From: Candidatus Woesearchaeota archaeon
Lineage (GTDB): Archaea; Nanobdellota; Nanobdellia; SCGC-AAA011-G17; GW2011-AR18
Direction of reading: 5' to 3'
Assembly: GCA_018302545.1 (NCBI GenBank)
Contig: JAGVZM010000001.1
Span: forward strand, 169,544 to 201,543
DNA: 32,000 nt
Shown: positions 17,507 through 25,490 of the stretch, piece by piece
Position numbering within the stretch: position 1 is the stretch's first letter
Layout of the letters: every line of letters starts with the position of its first letter
The notes under the pieces: model-generated
Told to the model about the DNA's origin: nothing
Seen by the model: the letters and a program-made list of their open reading frames with translations, nothing else
The model's database searches: none
Made by a program: the position numbers and the translations under genes

Positions 17507-17869
17507 TCAACCAAAATAAGTATCCGAAACTTCTTTTTTCTCTTCTTTAGCTTGTTTATTTTTTTCCTTTTTAATAATCTTCTCAGCTTTCTTAATAGCT
17601 TCAGTTTTTTCTATTTTCCCAAACCTGCTTTCATAATCATTTATAGCTCTATTTAACATAGCCAAAAAAGATTTGGCATGTAGAGGACTCATAACAACGA
17701 TATTATGCGTCAAAAAAATACTTCTATGATCTGCAAAATCATGTAAATGTGTAACACATTTAAAATCTAAAGAAAACTCATTAGGATTAAAATTAATTCC
17801 TGCTTCATTAGAATAAAATTGTTCAGTATCTTTTATTCTAACATTCACCTGTTGATCTTCTTTTGCCAT
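17507..17869 (-). CDS. DUF3467 family protein
   Basis: From the ATG at 17869: MAKEDQQVNVRIKDTEQFYSNEAGINFNPNEFSLDF...MSPLHAKSFLAMLNRAINDYESRFGKI, which matches the DUF3467 pattern. The tracked N-terminal 34 aa run through a tRNA gene, so I trimmed them. Confidence 0.7.
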   Translation of the reverse strand: MAKEDQQVNVRIKDTEQFYSNEAGINFNPNEFSLDFKCVTHLHDFADHRSIFLTHNIVVMSPLHAKSFLAMLNRAINDYESRFGKIEKTEAIKKAEKIIKKEKNKQAKEEKKEVSDTYFG

Positions 17870-17880
17870 TTTATTATTAG

Positions 17881-17985
17881 TGGGCCCGGCAAGATTTGAA
17901 CTTGCGACATCCACCTTGTAAGGGTGGCGTTTGTTAATCCCAAAATCAAGGCTTATGAGATCCATAACCACTAGACCACGGGCCC
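17881..17985 (-). tRNA. tRNA-Val (anticodon UAC) with a 32-nt intron in the D-arm, no encoded CCA
   Basis: Minus-strand parts: GGGCCCG TG GTCT AGTGGTTA TG [GATCTCATAAGCCTTGATTTTGGGATTAACAA] AC G CCACC CTTACAA GGTGG ATGTC GCAAG TTCAAAT CTTGC CGGGCCC A. All four arms form only if the bracketed 32 nt are removed. Confidence 0.75.
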
Positions 17986-18029
17986 ATAAAAAACAGAACA
18001 GATAAACAATTTAAAAAGGTTTCTCTAAG

Positions 18030-19157
18030 TTAGAATCCATTTACTAAACCAACATATGCTTTAAATTCAAAATCCCCATCACTTAAATCTCTTTTAAGAT
18101 GAATCGAAGTTTCAAGTGGAGTTTCAGGAATTGAAACATAAATATCTCCAACCACTTTAGGCAAAAATAATCCAGATTTTTTTTCATACTCAAAACCAGG
18201 TCCTAGAGAAAAAAATAATCCATTAAGAGGCCTATAAACAAATCTACTATCTAATAAAGAGACATTTGGGTTATTTCTCCAATCAAAAGCAAGAGCAAAC
18301 CTATTTGTAGATACTTGATCATAAGGAGGCCAAGCATCTAAAATGTGACCAGTAGCAACATCCCTCATCTCAGTATTATTTAAGACCCTAGTTCTAAAAT
18401 CTAAAAATTCTTTTCCATAATTAGAACTATTCATCAAAATCAATTTGCCAAATTGAAGTTTATCATCTAAATCAACTAATGTTTGACTATGGAAAGCAAA
18501 ACCTCTCTGGTTTATATAACTAAAGATACCAATTAAAGTATCCCTATCTAAACCTTGACTACCAAAACTAAAATAAAAATCATTAACGACAGCAGCTACA
18601 AAACCATGCGCATCAAATCTATTTCCATCATTCCAAACATCAAAATCTAAAGTTAGATTAGAATCACTATAAGTAGTTCCAAAAAATCCTCCAAACAAAG
18701 CTATAGAATCTTGAATAATACCTGCTCTAAGAACTAATTGACCTTGCTCACCAAACAAAACACTAACTCTAGGAAAACCCTCTAACATTAAAGTATATCC
18801 CCAATTTTTATTAGGTTTATAATCCACAATGCCTGTTGCTCTAAAAAGACCATTATTAGAAGCACTTTCTAAACCAATTATATCATCCAAAAATTTGCTT
18901 TTAGGACTTCTTAATACAGAACTAAATTCATGAGTATTATCATCAACAAATAATTTTGTTCTATGTTGAAGAGCTAAATGGGTACCATCTAAATTTTTAT
19001 ACTTAACCAAAGAATCTACATTAGTATCACCATTAGATTCAATTAACATATTCCCCAGGAATAAATTTGATTTAGGAACCTCAACCTTACTATCTTCAGA
19101 AGCCTCTCCAAAAAGAGAAGCAGCCAATGCTAAAGGTAAAACAAAACTCATCTTCAA
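18030..19157 (-). CDS. Secreted beta-strand-rich protein with C-terminal aromatic residue (OMP-like features)
   Basis: Signal-like N-terminus MKMSFVLPLALAASLFGEA. Many amphipathic strand-like segments. The C-terminus is FEFKAYVGLVNGF, ending in Phe. Confidence 0.6.
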   Translation of the reverse strand: MKMSFVLPLALAASLFGEASEDSKVEVPKSNLFLGNMLIESNGDTNVDSLVKYKNLDGTHLALQHRTKLFVDDNTHEFSSVLRSPKSKFLDDIIGLESASNNGLFRATGIVDYKPNKNWGYTLMLEGFPRVSVLFGEQGQLVLRAGIIQDSIALFGGFFGTTYSDSNLTLDFDVWNDGNRFDAHGFVAAVVNDFYFSFGSQGLDRDTLIGIFSYINQRGFAFHSQTLVDLDDKLQFGKLILMNSSNYGKEFLDFRTRVLNNTEMRDVATGHILDAWPPYDQVSTNRFALAFDWRNNPNVSLLDSRFVYRPLNGLFFSLGPGFEYEKKSGLFLPKVVGDIYVSIPETPLETSIHLKRDLSDGDFEFKAYVGLVNGF

Positions 19158-19306
19158 TCATCTCCAATTTACCACCTCTTCTATGAAATTACATCTAGAA
19201 AATAATAACCGTTCTAAGTTTAAAGCTTTTTATTAAAATATATAAATAAGTATAAAAGTATAAATCTTTAGAAAAGTTTAAATATATTCCTAAATTAACA
19301 ATTCTT

Positions 19307-20209
19307 ATGAAAAGAAAATTAGTACAACAAGGTGCAGCAACGATGATGATAAGTTTGCCAGCTAAATGGATTAAAGCTAATTCCTTAAATAAAGGTTCAG
19401 AAATAAACTTAGAACAACATAATAATTCTCTAATAATTTCAGGAGACAGAATAAACACAAAAAGTGAAACAGAAATTAAGATATTAACAAATGTAGAGTC
19501 CTCAATAAGAACTTTAATAACCAATACTTACAGAAATGGATTTGACAAAATAAGAGTAAATTTTGAAAATGAACAACAATTCAAAATATTAAAGCATATA
19601 ATAAAATCAAGATTAACCGGTTTTGATATTATAAAAAAAGAGAATAATTATTGTATTGTAGAGAATATTACAGAACCAACTGAAGATCAATTTGAAAACA
19701 TTTTAAGCAAATTATTATTAAATATAGAAGAATTTTTTGAAATAACAAAAAAAAGATTTGAAAATCCAAAAGAGATTTATGATTATGAAGAAACATCAGA
19801 ATTAATACAGAAATATGATAATTTCTGTAGAAGGATAATAATAAAATACAAATATAATAACAAAAAAACAGAATTACTTTGGGCATTTTTAACATTAATA
19901 ATTCATGGACAAAGAGAATTGCATCATCTTAACAAAGTATTAAATGAAAATATCAAAATATCAAAAGAAACAAGAGAGTTGTTAGTAGAATCAGAGAATT
20001 TATTTAAATTAGTAAAAAAAGCATATTTAGAGAAAGATATTAACCTACTATCAAAAATTCATAATTTGGAAAAAGAGATAATGTATAAAAAAGGTTATAG
20101 TCTTTTATCAAAAGTCAAGAATCAAGAGACTAAAATAGTATATCATATAATGGTTGCTTCAAGGGAGTTTTACCAAGCAAATTCTCCTTTATCAGGATTA
20201 ATCATTTAA
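19307..20209 (+). CDS. AbrB/SpoVT-domain plus PhoU-like domain regulator (archaeal phosphate-uptake-regulator type)
   Basis: N-terminus RKLVQQGAATMMISLPAKWIKANSLNKGSEINL is an AbrB-type swapped hairpin. It is followed by about 220 aa of helical PhoU-like repeats. Confidence 0.7.
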   Translation: MKRKLVQQGAATMMISLPAKWIKANSLNKGSEINLEQHNNSLIISGDRINTKSETEIKILTNVESSIRTLITNTYRNGFDKIRVNFENEQQFKILKHIIKSRLTGFDIIKKENNYCIVENITEPTEDQFENILSKLLLNIEEFFEITKKRFENPKEIYDYEETSELIQKYDNFCRRIIIKYKYNNKKTELLWAFLTLIIHGQRELHHLNKVLNENIKISKETRELLVESENLFKLVKKAYLEKDINLLSKIHNLEKEIMYKKGYSLLSKVKNQETKIVYHIMVASREFYQANSPLSGLII

Positions 20210-22248
20210 TCGAAGATTTGTTTTCTATATCTAATTAATCTTCTAGAAAATTCTCTTCCAGGAATTGTTAAATCACAATCTAAAGAATAGTTATTAATAA
20301 CTCTTTCATGAATTGGTAAAAAAGTATAACTAACAATAGCATCTTGTTCATTTCTTGTAACAAATTGGAATGTTGCTGCTTTAATACCTTTACAATTTGG
20401 AAGCTTTAAAGAGGTACCAAAAGAATTACTTCTATTTTGGCTTTGATAATTATCTTTAAATCCCAATTCAGGAATGGCACTTTCATATTTTAGAGAAGGA
20501 TCTACAATTCTAGCATCCAATAATATACTTCCCCTATCTCTTCCAAGATTTTCAACAGTTAGATAAGGCCAAAATCCAAACCTAACTCCAGAAACATCCA
20601 CTGTATGCCTAGGATTACCTACAACTATAGGAATCCTTTTTCTAGCTAAAATTTTACCAGGTTCTAAAAAATTAAATCTTGCTAAAAATTTATCATCTTG
20701 ATTAAAATTATTATCAGGAGCATATAACTCAAGGGCCAAAATATAAACACCATCTCTTAGATCTTCAGGAACATTTATTGAATCAAATCTGTAACCAGCC
20801 CAGCCTTCATCATAAGAGCTCATAGTATCATGTCCATCAGGATGTATAACAAAATTTTTCGAATCATAACCCTCAAAATAAAAACTGCCATCTAAAGGAA
20901 AGGTCATACCTCTAGTCCCGCCAGGAACAGCTTTAAATCTAGAGGTTATATTAAAATTTAATTTTTCGCCAGGTTTAATGCTGCATCCTTCTTCATAATC
21001 AGGATACATCCTACATGCCCCTTTAAGTTTTAAAGGTATCAAGGCAGTTGCATCCAATCCAACTAAATTATTGTTTATTTCTAATTTTCCTGCATCCCAC
21101 TCAGCCCCAACTTCATATTTCTGAATTTGTTCAAGTTTGGGTTTATTTAGATTAGAAAATGTGTGTTCATTAGTAACTAAATCATAAACTGCAGTTCCAA
21201 CAGCACCTAAACATACTAAAGCAAAACTACCAAGAGTTGTAAACACAAAACCAGCACCAATTCTGTCGAACCAAGGAGAGTTCATTAAATATTTATTTTT
21301 TCTAGAATCAAATTCCTGAGATAGTTCTTCCAAACTCTTAATTTTTTTCTTTTCATTTAAAGTAAGACACCTATAAATCAGATTAGAATATCTATGTCCT
21401 CCATCAAAGAAATCAAATCCTAAACTAGTTAGCTTTCTTTTCAAAGATTTTTCGTATTTTCTAAAATCTAATTTCCCATCATCTTTAAGTAAACTCTCTC
21501 CAGTTTCTAAATCAATAGCAATACCACTATCAACATCAAATTCAAAAGGATACTTTCCTTGTAGAGTATAATACATACAAATACCAAGTGCATGTATTTC
21601 AGCAGATTCATCATACTCTCTTTCTATTCCAGTAAATCTACCTAATAGCCTAGGATCTGAAATTAAATGAGCACCCATAGTGGGTAATACATTCGGTTGA
21701 ACTTCATCCCTTCTTTTAGCATTAGCAAAATCAGTAATTCTAACATCAAATTCACCATTTTCCTTAATTAGAATATTAGAAGGATGTAGATCTCTATGAA
21801 AAATACCAACAACTTCATTTAAATATCTAACACCATGAATGACTTTAGAAAAAACTTGTTCAAAACAATCAATACTGATCATTCTTGGACTTTGTATCAT
21901 TTCATCTAGAGACTTACTTTCATAATAAGGTTCGACAGAGACTGTAAGATTCTCATCTTGAAAATAATCTAAAAGAGGCATTAAGTGATGAAGTTCTGCA
22001 TCTTCAATATGACAAAGATGCCTAATATCATTTGCAGTATTGCATCCCCTTCCAACATGTCTTATTGCTCTAGGACTATCTAAATTTAACCTATCAACTT
22101 TTATTATTCTTCTTTGTTTTCCAGCACCCCAATCAGAGAGATATAAAACCCTAGTTCCACCTTGCTTAAATGGTCTAAGATTCCCATATTTTCCTGATAA
22201 AATCTTGCTTAATTTATCTAAATCATCAACAGGAGAAATATCACTCAT
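20206..22248 (-). CDS. Membrane-anchored Ser/Thr protein kinase with large C-terminal extracytoplasmic domain
   Basis: Catalytic loop HRDLHPSNILI. DFA replaces DFG (ITDFANA). HALGICMYYTLQGKYPF resembles subdomain IX. Single TM helix GAGFVFTTLGSFALVCLGAVGTAVY, then about 320 aa of unassigned domain. The start is set at the ATG at 22248, which is preceded by AAGGAGGT. Confidence 0.8.
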   Translation of the reverse strand: MSDISPVDDLDKLSKILSGKYGNLRPFKQGGTRVLYLSDWGAGKQRRIIKVDRLNLDSPRAIRHVGRGCNTANDIRHLCHIEDAELHHLMPLLDYFQDENLTVSVEPYYESKSLDEMIQSPRMISIDCFEQVFSKVIHGVRYLNEVVGIFHRDLHPSNILIKENGEFDVRITDFANAKRRDEVQPNVLPTMGAHLISDPRLLGRFTGIEREYDESAEIHALGICMYYTLQGKYPFEFDVDSGIAIDLETGESLLKDDGKLDFRKYEKSLKRKLTSLGFDFFDGGHRYSNLIYRCLTLNEKKKIKSLEELSQEFDSRKNKYLMNSPWFDRIGAGFVFTTLGSFALVCLGAVGTAVYDLVTNEHTFSNLNKPKLEQIQKYEVGAEWDAGKLEINNNLVGLDATALIPLKLKGACRMYPDYEEGCSIKPGEKLNFNITSRFKAVPGGTRGMTFPLDGSFYFEGYDSKNFVIHPDGHDTMSSYDEGWAGYRFDSINVPEDLRDGVYILALELYAPDNNFNQDDKFLARFNFLEPGKILARKRIPIVVGNPRHTVDVSGVRFGFWPYLTVENLGRDRGSILLDARIVDPSLKYESAIPELGFKDNYQSQNRSNSFGTSLKLPNCKGIKAATFQFVTRNEQDAIVSYTFLPIHERVINNYSLDCDLTIPGREFSRRLIRYRKQIFD

Positions 22249-22387
22249 TTTCAACCTCCTTAACAACCTCTAAAGAAACTTTAACTAAAGTACCAGGTTT
22301 TAGTTCATCTTCTAAAATTTTAGGAATCACCAATATTGCTTGTTTTCCATGTTTTGCAACTTTTTTTGTAATTATAAATTCTTTCAT
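22241..22387 (-). CDS. AbrB/SpoVT-like mini-protein (48 aa), not in the supplied ORF track
   Basis: My translation is MKEFIITKKVAKHGKQAILVIPKILEDELKPGTLVKVSLEVVKEVENE. GKQAILVIPK...L.PG..V is the AbrB/MazE hairpin pattern. Its stop overlaps the kinase ATG (AATGAGTGA). Confidence 0.5.
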   Translation of the reverse strand: MKEFIITKKVAKHGKQAILVIPKILEDELKPGTLVKVSLEVVKEVENE

Positions 22388-22522
22388 TTTATACATCCCT
22401 TATGTAAAAACCATGTAAAAATGAAAAACTTAAAAGATTAACTAAGAAGATAATAGTAATAATAAAAGTATAAACAATTTAATAAAAATCCATATAATAT
22501 AATACAAATAAACAATTATAAG

Positions 22523-23623
22523 ATGAATAAATTAATCATAATAGGAATATTATTATTAATAAGTACATTATTTCTAGTATCATGTACAGAAAGAAGTACA
22601 AATGAATCTCTCAAAATGGGAGCAATTCTTCCATTATCAGGACCTGCAGCAATTCATGGAGAACAACTAAGAAATGGAATGGAATTAGCAAGAGAAGAAT
22701 TATTGAGAGAAGGAATAGATCTAAAAATAATTTACGAAGATTCAGAAGCAAATCCCTCTAAAGGCATAGCAGCATATAACAAACTCAAATCAATAGATAA
22801 TGTAAACATTATTTATTCAGCTTTCTCAAGAGTTACTGTTCCATTAATACCTCTAGCAGACCAAGATAAAACACCAATAATATTCTCCTTAGTAGCCGCC
22901 TCTGGAGTAGCTGATAAAAGCCCATATGCATTTAGATTTTTCTCAACAGATAAACAATTTTCAGAACCTCACTTTGACAAAGAATTAAAAAAACCAAAAT
23001 ACAACAAAATTGCAACATTATATTTAAATGATGAATATGGAAATTCTATAAACAAAGGAGTAATAGAAAGAGCAGAAAGAGAAAACATTCTTGTATTAAT
23101 ACAAGAATCATTTGAAGTTGGATCATCAGATTATAGAACTCAATTGTTAAAGATAAAATCAACAAATCCAGACGCAATAGTAGTAATCTCTGCAGTACCC
23201 TCAGAAGCAATAAACATGATGCAGCAGATAGAAGAATTAAACATAAAAACACAAGTATTTGAAGCAACAACACAACTAAGTTCTAAAAATATCAGAGACT
23301 CACTAGGAAACTCAATTGAAGGATATTATACTTTAACGTATCCCTTTATTTTAGGAAAAACAGGTGATGACTTTAGAAAGAAATACATAGAAAAATACAA
23401 ACAAGACCCACTATTCCAAGCTCCTTTTGGATACGGTACTGTAATAATGATAGGAAAAGCAACAAAAGGCCAAGTAATGTCTGGTTCTGAGATAAGAAAT
23501 AAAATATTAGAATTAAAAACAATAGACACTCCAAATGGTTTAGTTATAATTCAAGAAAATGGAGAAATAAATCCAGAAATACCTGTAGCCAAAGTGGTTA
23601 ATAATCAACTAGTTGAAGTTTAA
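22523..23623 (+). CDS. LivJ-like ABC substrate-binding lipoprotein (orphan)
   Basis: Lipobox-like LFLVSC, then LKMGAILPLSGPAAIHG and DYRTQLLKIKSTNPDAIVV, as in the other paralogues. Confidence 0.8.
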   Translation: MNKLIIIGILLLISTLFLVSCTERSTNESLKMGAILPLSGPAAIHGEQLRNGMELAREELLREGIDLKIIYEDSEANPSKGIAAYNKLKSIDNVNIIYSAFSRVTVPLIPLADQDKTPIIFSLVAASGVADKSPYAFRFFSTDKQFSEPHFDKELKKPKYNKIATLYLNDEYGNSINKGVIERAERENILVLIQESFEVGSSDYRTQLLKIKSTNPDAIVVISAVPSEAINMMQQIEELNIKTQVFEATTQLSSKNIRDSLGNSIEGYYTLTYPFILGKTGDDFRKKYIEKYKQDPLFQAPFGYGTVIMIGKATKGQVMSGSEIRNKILELKTIDTPNGLVIIQENGEINPEIPVAKVVNNQLVEV

Positions 23624-23817
23624 AATAAGGAAACTGATAGAACAATACAACTTGGTCCTAAAGTTTATCCAAAAATTTATAGATTGAGAAAGGAGGAAAT
23701 AATTTCTTGAAAATCTTCCGGAAATTTCTGCTAAGAGTTTATTAAAATCAAAATAAAAATAGTACTATGGAAAATCTTATATATAACAAATATATAATAG
23801 ACTATAGAAAAGATATA

Positions 23818-24045
23818 ATGGCAGAATCAACAACAATTCAATTAGATAAAGAATTATTAGAAGAATTAAAGAAAGTTAAAGAATATCCTAGACAAACCTA
23901 TAATGAATTAATAGAAAAAATGATAAAAATATTTAAAAATGTAAAGAAAAACAATCAGTATGACGAATTTCTACATAGAATACAAAAACAAAAAATGAAA
24001 GAATTGTGGGATAATAAAGAAGATGAGGAATGGGAAAATGTATAA
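23818..24045 (+). CDS. Putative ribbon-helix-helix type antitoxin
   Basis: MAESTTIQLDKELLEELKKVKE resembles an RHH beta-strand followed by a helix. The 3' end overlaps the MazF-like gene. The start could instead be 23767. Confidence 0.5.
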   Translation: MAESTTIQLDKELLEELKKVKEYPRQTYNELIEKMIKIFKNVKKNNQYDEFLHRIQKQKMKELWDNKEDEEWENV

Positions 24046-24352
24046 ACCAGGTGATGTAATCTTGGCTTCAGTTCACTTTACAGATACCTTTGAAATCAAA
24101 AAAAGGCCAGCAGTAATATTATTTGAAGAGTTTGATAATTTTGTGGTTGCAGGAATAACAAGCAATATAAATATGAATGGGATAAAATTGTTGAAAAAAG
24201 AAGGAGTAATAAAAGACAGTATAATAAAATTAAATTACATATTCACAATATCAAAATTAATGATAGAAAAAACCCTGTTTCATCTAAATAGTTCCAAAAA
24301 ACAAGAGATATTCAAAGAATTAAATAAGAAGCTATCAGCATTAAATAATTAA
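24038..24352 (+). CDS. PemK/MazF-like toxin
   Basis: MYKPGDVILASVHFTDTFEIKKRPAVILFE matches the MazF/PemK N-terminal SH3-like motif. The start is set at the ATG at 24038, which overlaps the upstream stop. Confidence 0.65.
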   Translation: MYKPGDVILASVHFTDTFEIKKRPAVILFEEFDNFVVAGITSNINMNGIKLLKKEGVIKDSIIKLNYIFTISKLMIEKTLFHLNSSKKQEIFKELNKKLSALNN

Positions 24353-24526
24353 CTCAACAATGATTACACCTAAATTGAAAGAATTTTCTATAACCCTCAG
24401 CTAACATTTTACTTTTTAAAACAAATTGTAAAGGTTCTTCCATATTTATAATAGCAATTAGTACTGGATTTTGTTTACTATTCTCCAAAAAACAAACTAT
24501 ATAAATAAACCAAATATTAATATTTT

Positions 24527-25456
24527 ATGCTAGAGGTGATATCTTTTGATAAAGTCTTAAAAAAGACTTCTAAATTAGATACTAAAAAATTTTCTAAATT
24601 TTGGATATCATTAACAAATCCTACAAAAGAAGAATTAAGAGAGATTAAACAAGAGTTTAACATACATAAAACAACAATAAACAACTTCTCAACAAAAAAA
24701 AGGCCAAAAATAGAAAAATTTGATAATTATAATTCAATAATAATTTATGATGTAAAATTAGAAGATAACAAATTAAAAACAGAACCAGTTCACATTATAT
24801 TAAGTAAGAATTTTCTAATTACAATTACGCAAGAACCAATAAAAGTAATTGAAAATCTAAAAAAAGATAAAGAAACACTAGAAGAGGTCATTAATAAAAA
24901 TCCTGAGTTTTTACTACATGCAATAGCAGAAGAAATATTGAATAACTACTTCTTAACTTTAGAAGAAAATGATAGAGAACTTAACTTAATAGAATCAAAA
25001 GTACTAAAAAATGTAGAGCCCTCAATATTAGAAAAATTATTTATGATAAAGAGAGAATTAATAAAAATAAGAAGGATAACCTATCCTCAAAGAGAGATAA
25101 TCTCTAATTTATTAAGCAACTCTAATATTGACAAAGAAGTAAGCGCTTACTTAAGAGACTTACATGAAAATATAATCTTAGCAATTGATCTTATAGATGA
25201 CCAACGAGAAAGAATAAATAGCATCCTAGAAGTACATCTTTCCGTAACATCAAACAAACTAAATGAGGTAATGAAAGTTTTAACTGTAATAGCCACCATC
25301 TTGATGCCTGCTACTTTAATCGCTTCTATATATGGAATGAACTTTAAATTTATGCCAGAATTAGGATGGAAATATGGTTATTTATTTGCATTAAGTTTAA
25401 TAATAATTGTAATTATTCTAGCATTAGTTATTCTTAAAAGAAAAAAATGGATATAA
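24527..25456 (+). CDS. corA: CorA family magnesium/cobalt transporter
   Basis: YGMNF signature (ASIYGMNFKFMPEL) between two C-terminal TM helices. 309 aa. Confidence 0.9.
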   Translation: MLEVISFDKVLKKTSKLDTKKFSKFWISLTNPTKEELREIKQEFNIHKTTINNFSTKKRPKIEKFDNYNSIIIYDVKLEDNKLKTEPVHIILSKNFLITITQEPIKVIENLKKDKETLEEVINKNPEFLLHAIAEEILNNYFLTLEENDRELNLIESKVLKNVEPSILEKLFMIKRELIKIRRITYPQREIISNLLSNSNIDKEVSAYLRDLHENIILAIDLIDDQRERINSILEVHLSVTSNKLNEVMKVLTVIATILMPATLIASIYGMNFKFMPELGWKYGYLFALSLIIIVIILALVILKRKKWI

Positions 25457-25490
25457 AAACATTTAAAAGTTAAATTATATAACAAAATTT

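Noticed and set aside
17870-17971. N-terminal 34 codons of tracked ORF 17507-17971
   Set aside because: This stretch is the antisense-free read-through of the tRNA-Val gene (17881-17985). An internal ATG at 17869 gives a complete DUF3467-like protein.
24353-24526. 29-aa minus-strand ORF (MEEPLQFVLKSKMLAEGYRKFFQFRCNHC) in the gap upstream of corA
   Set aside because: It is very short, has no RBS and no recognisable motif. The region is more simply the corA promoter/5' region.
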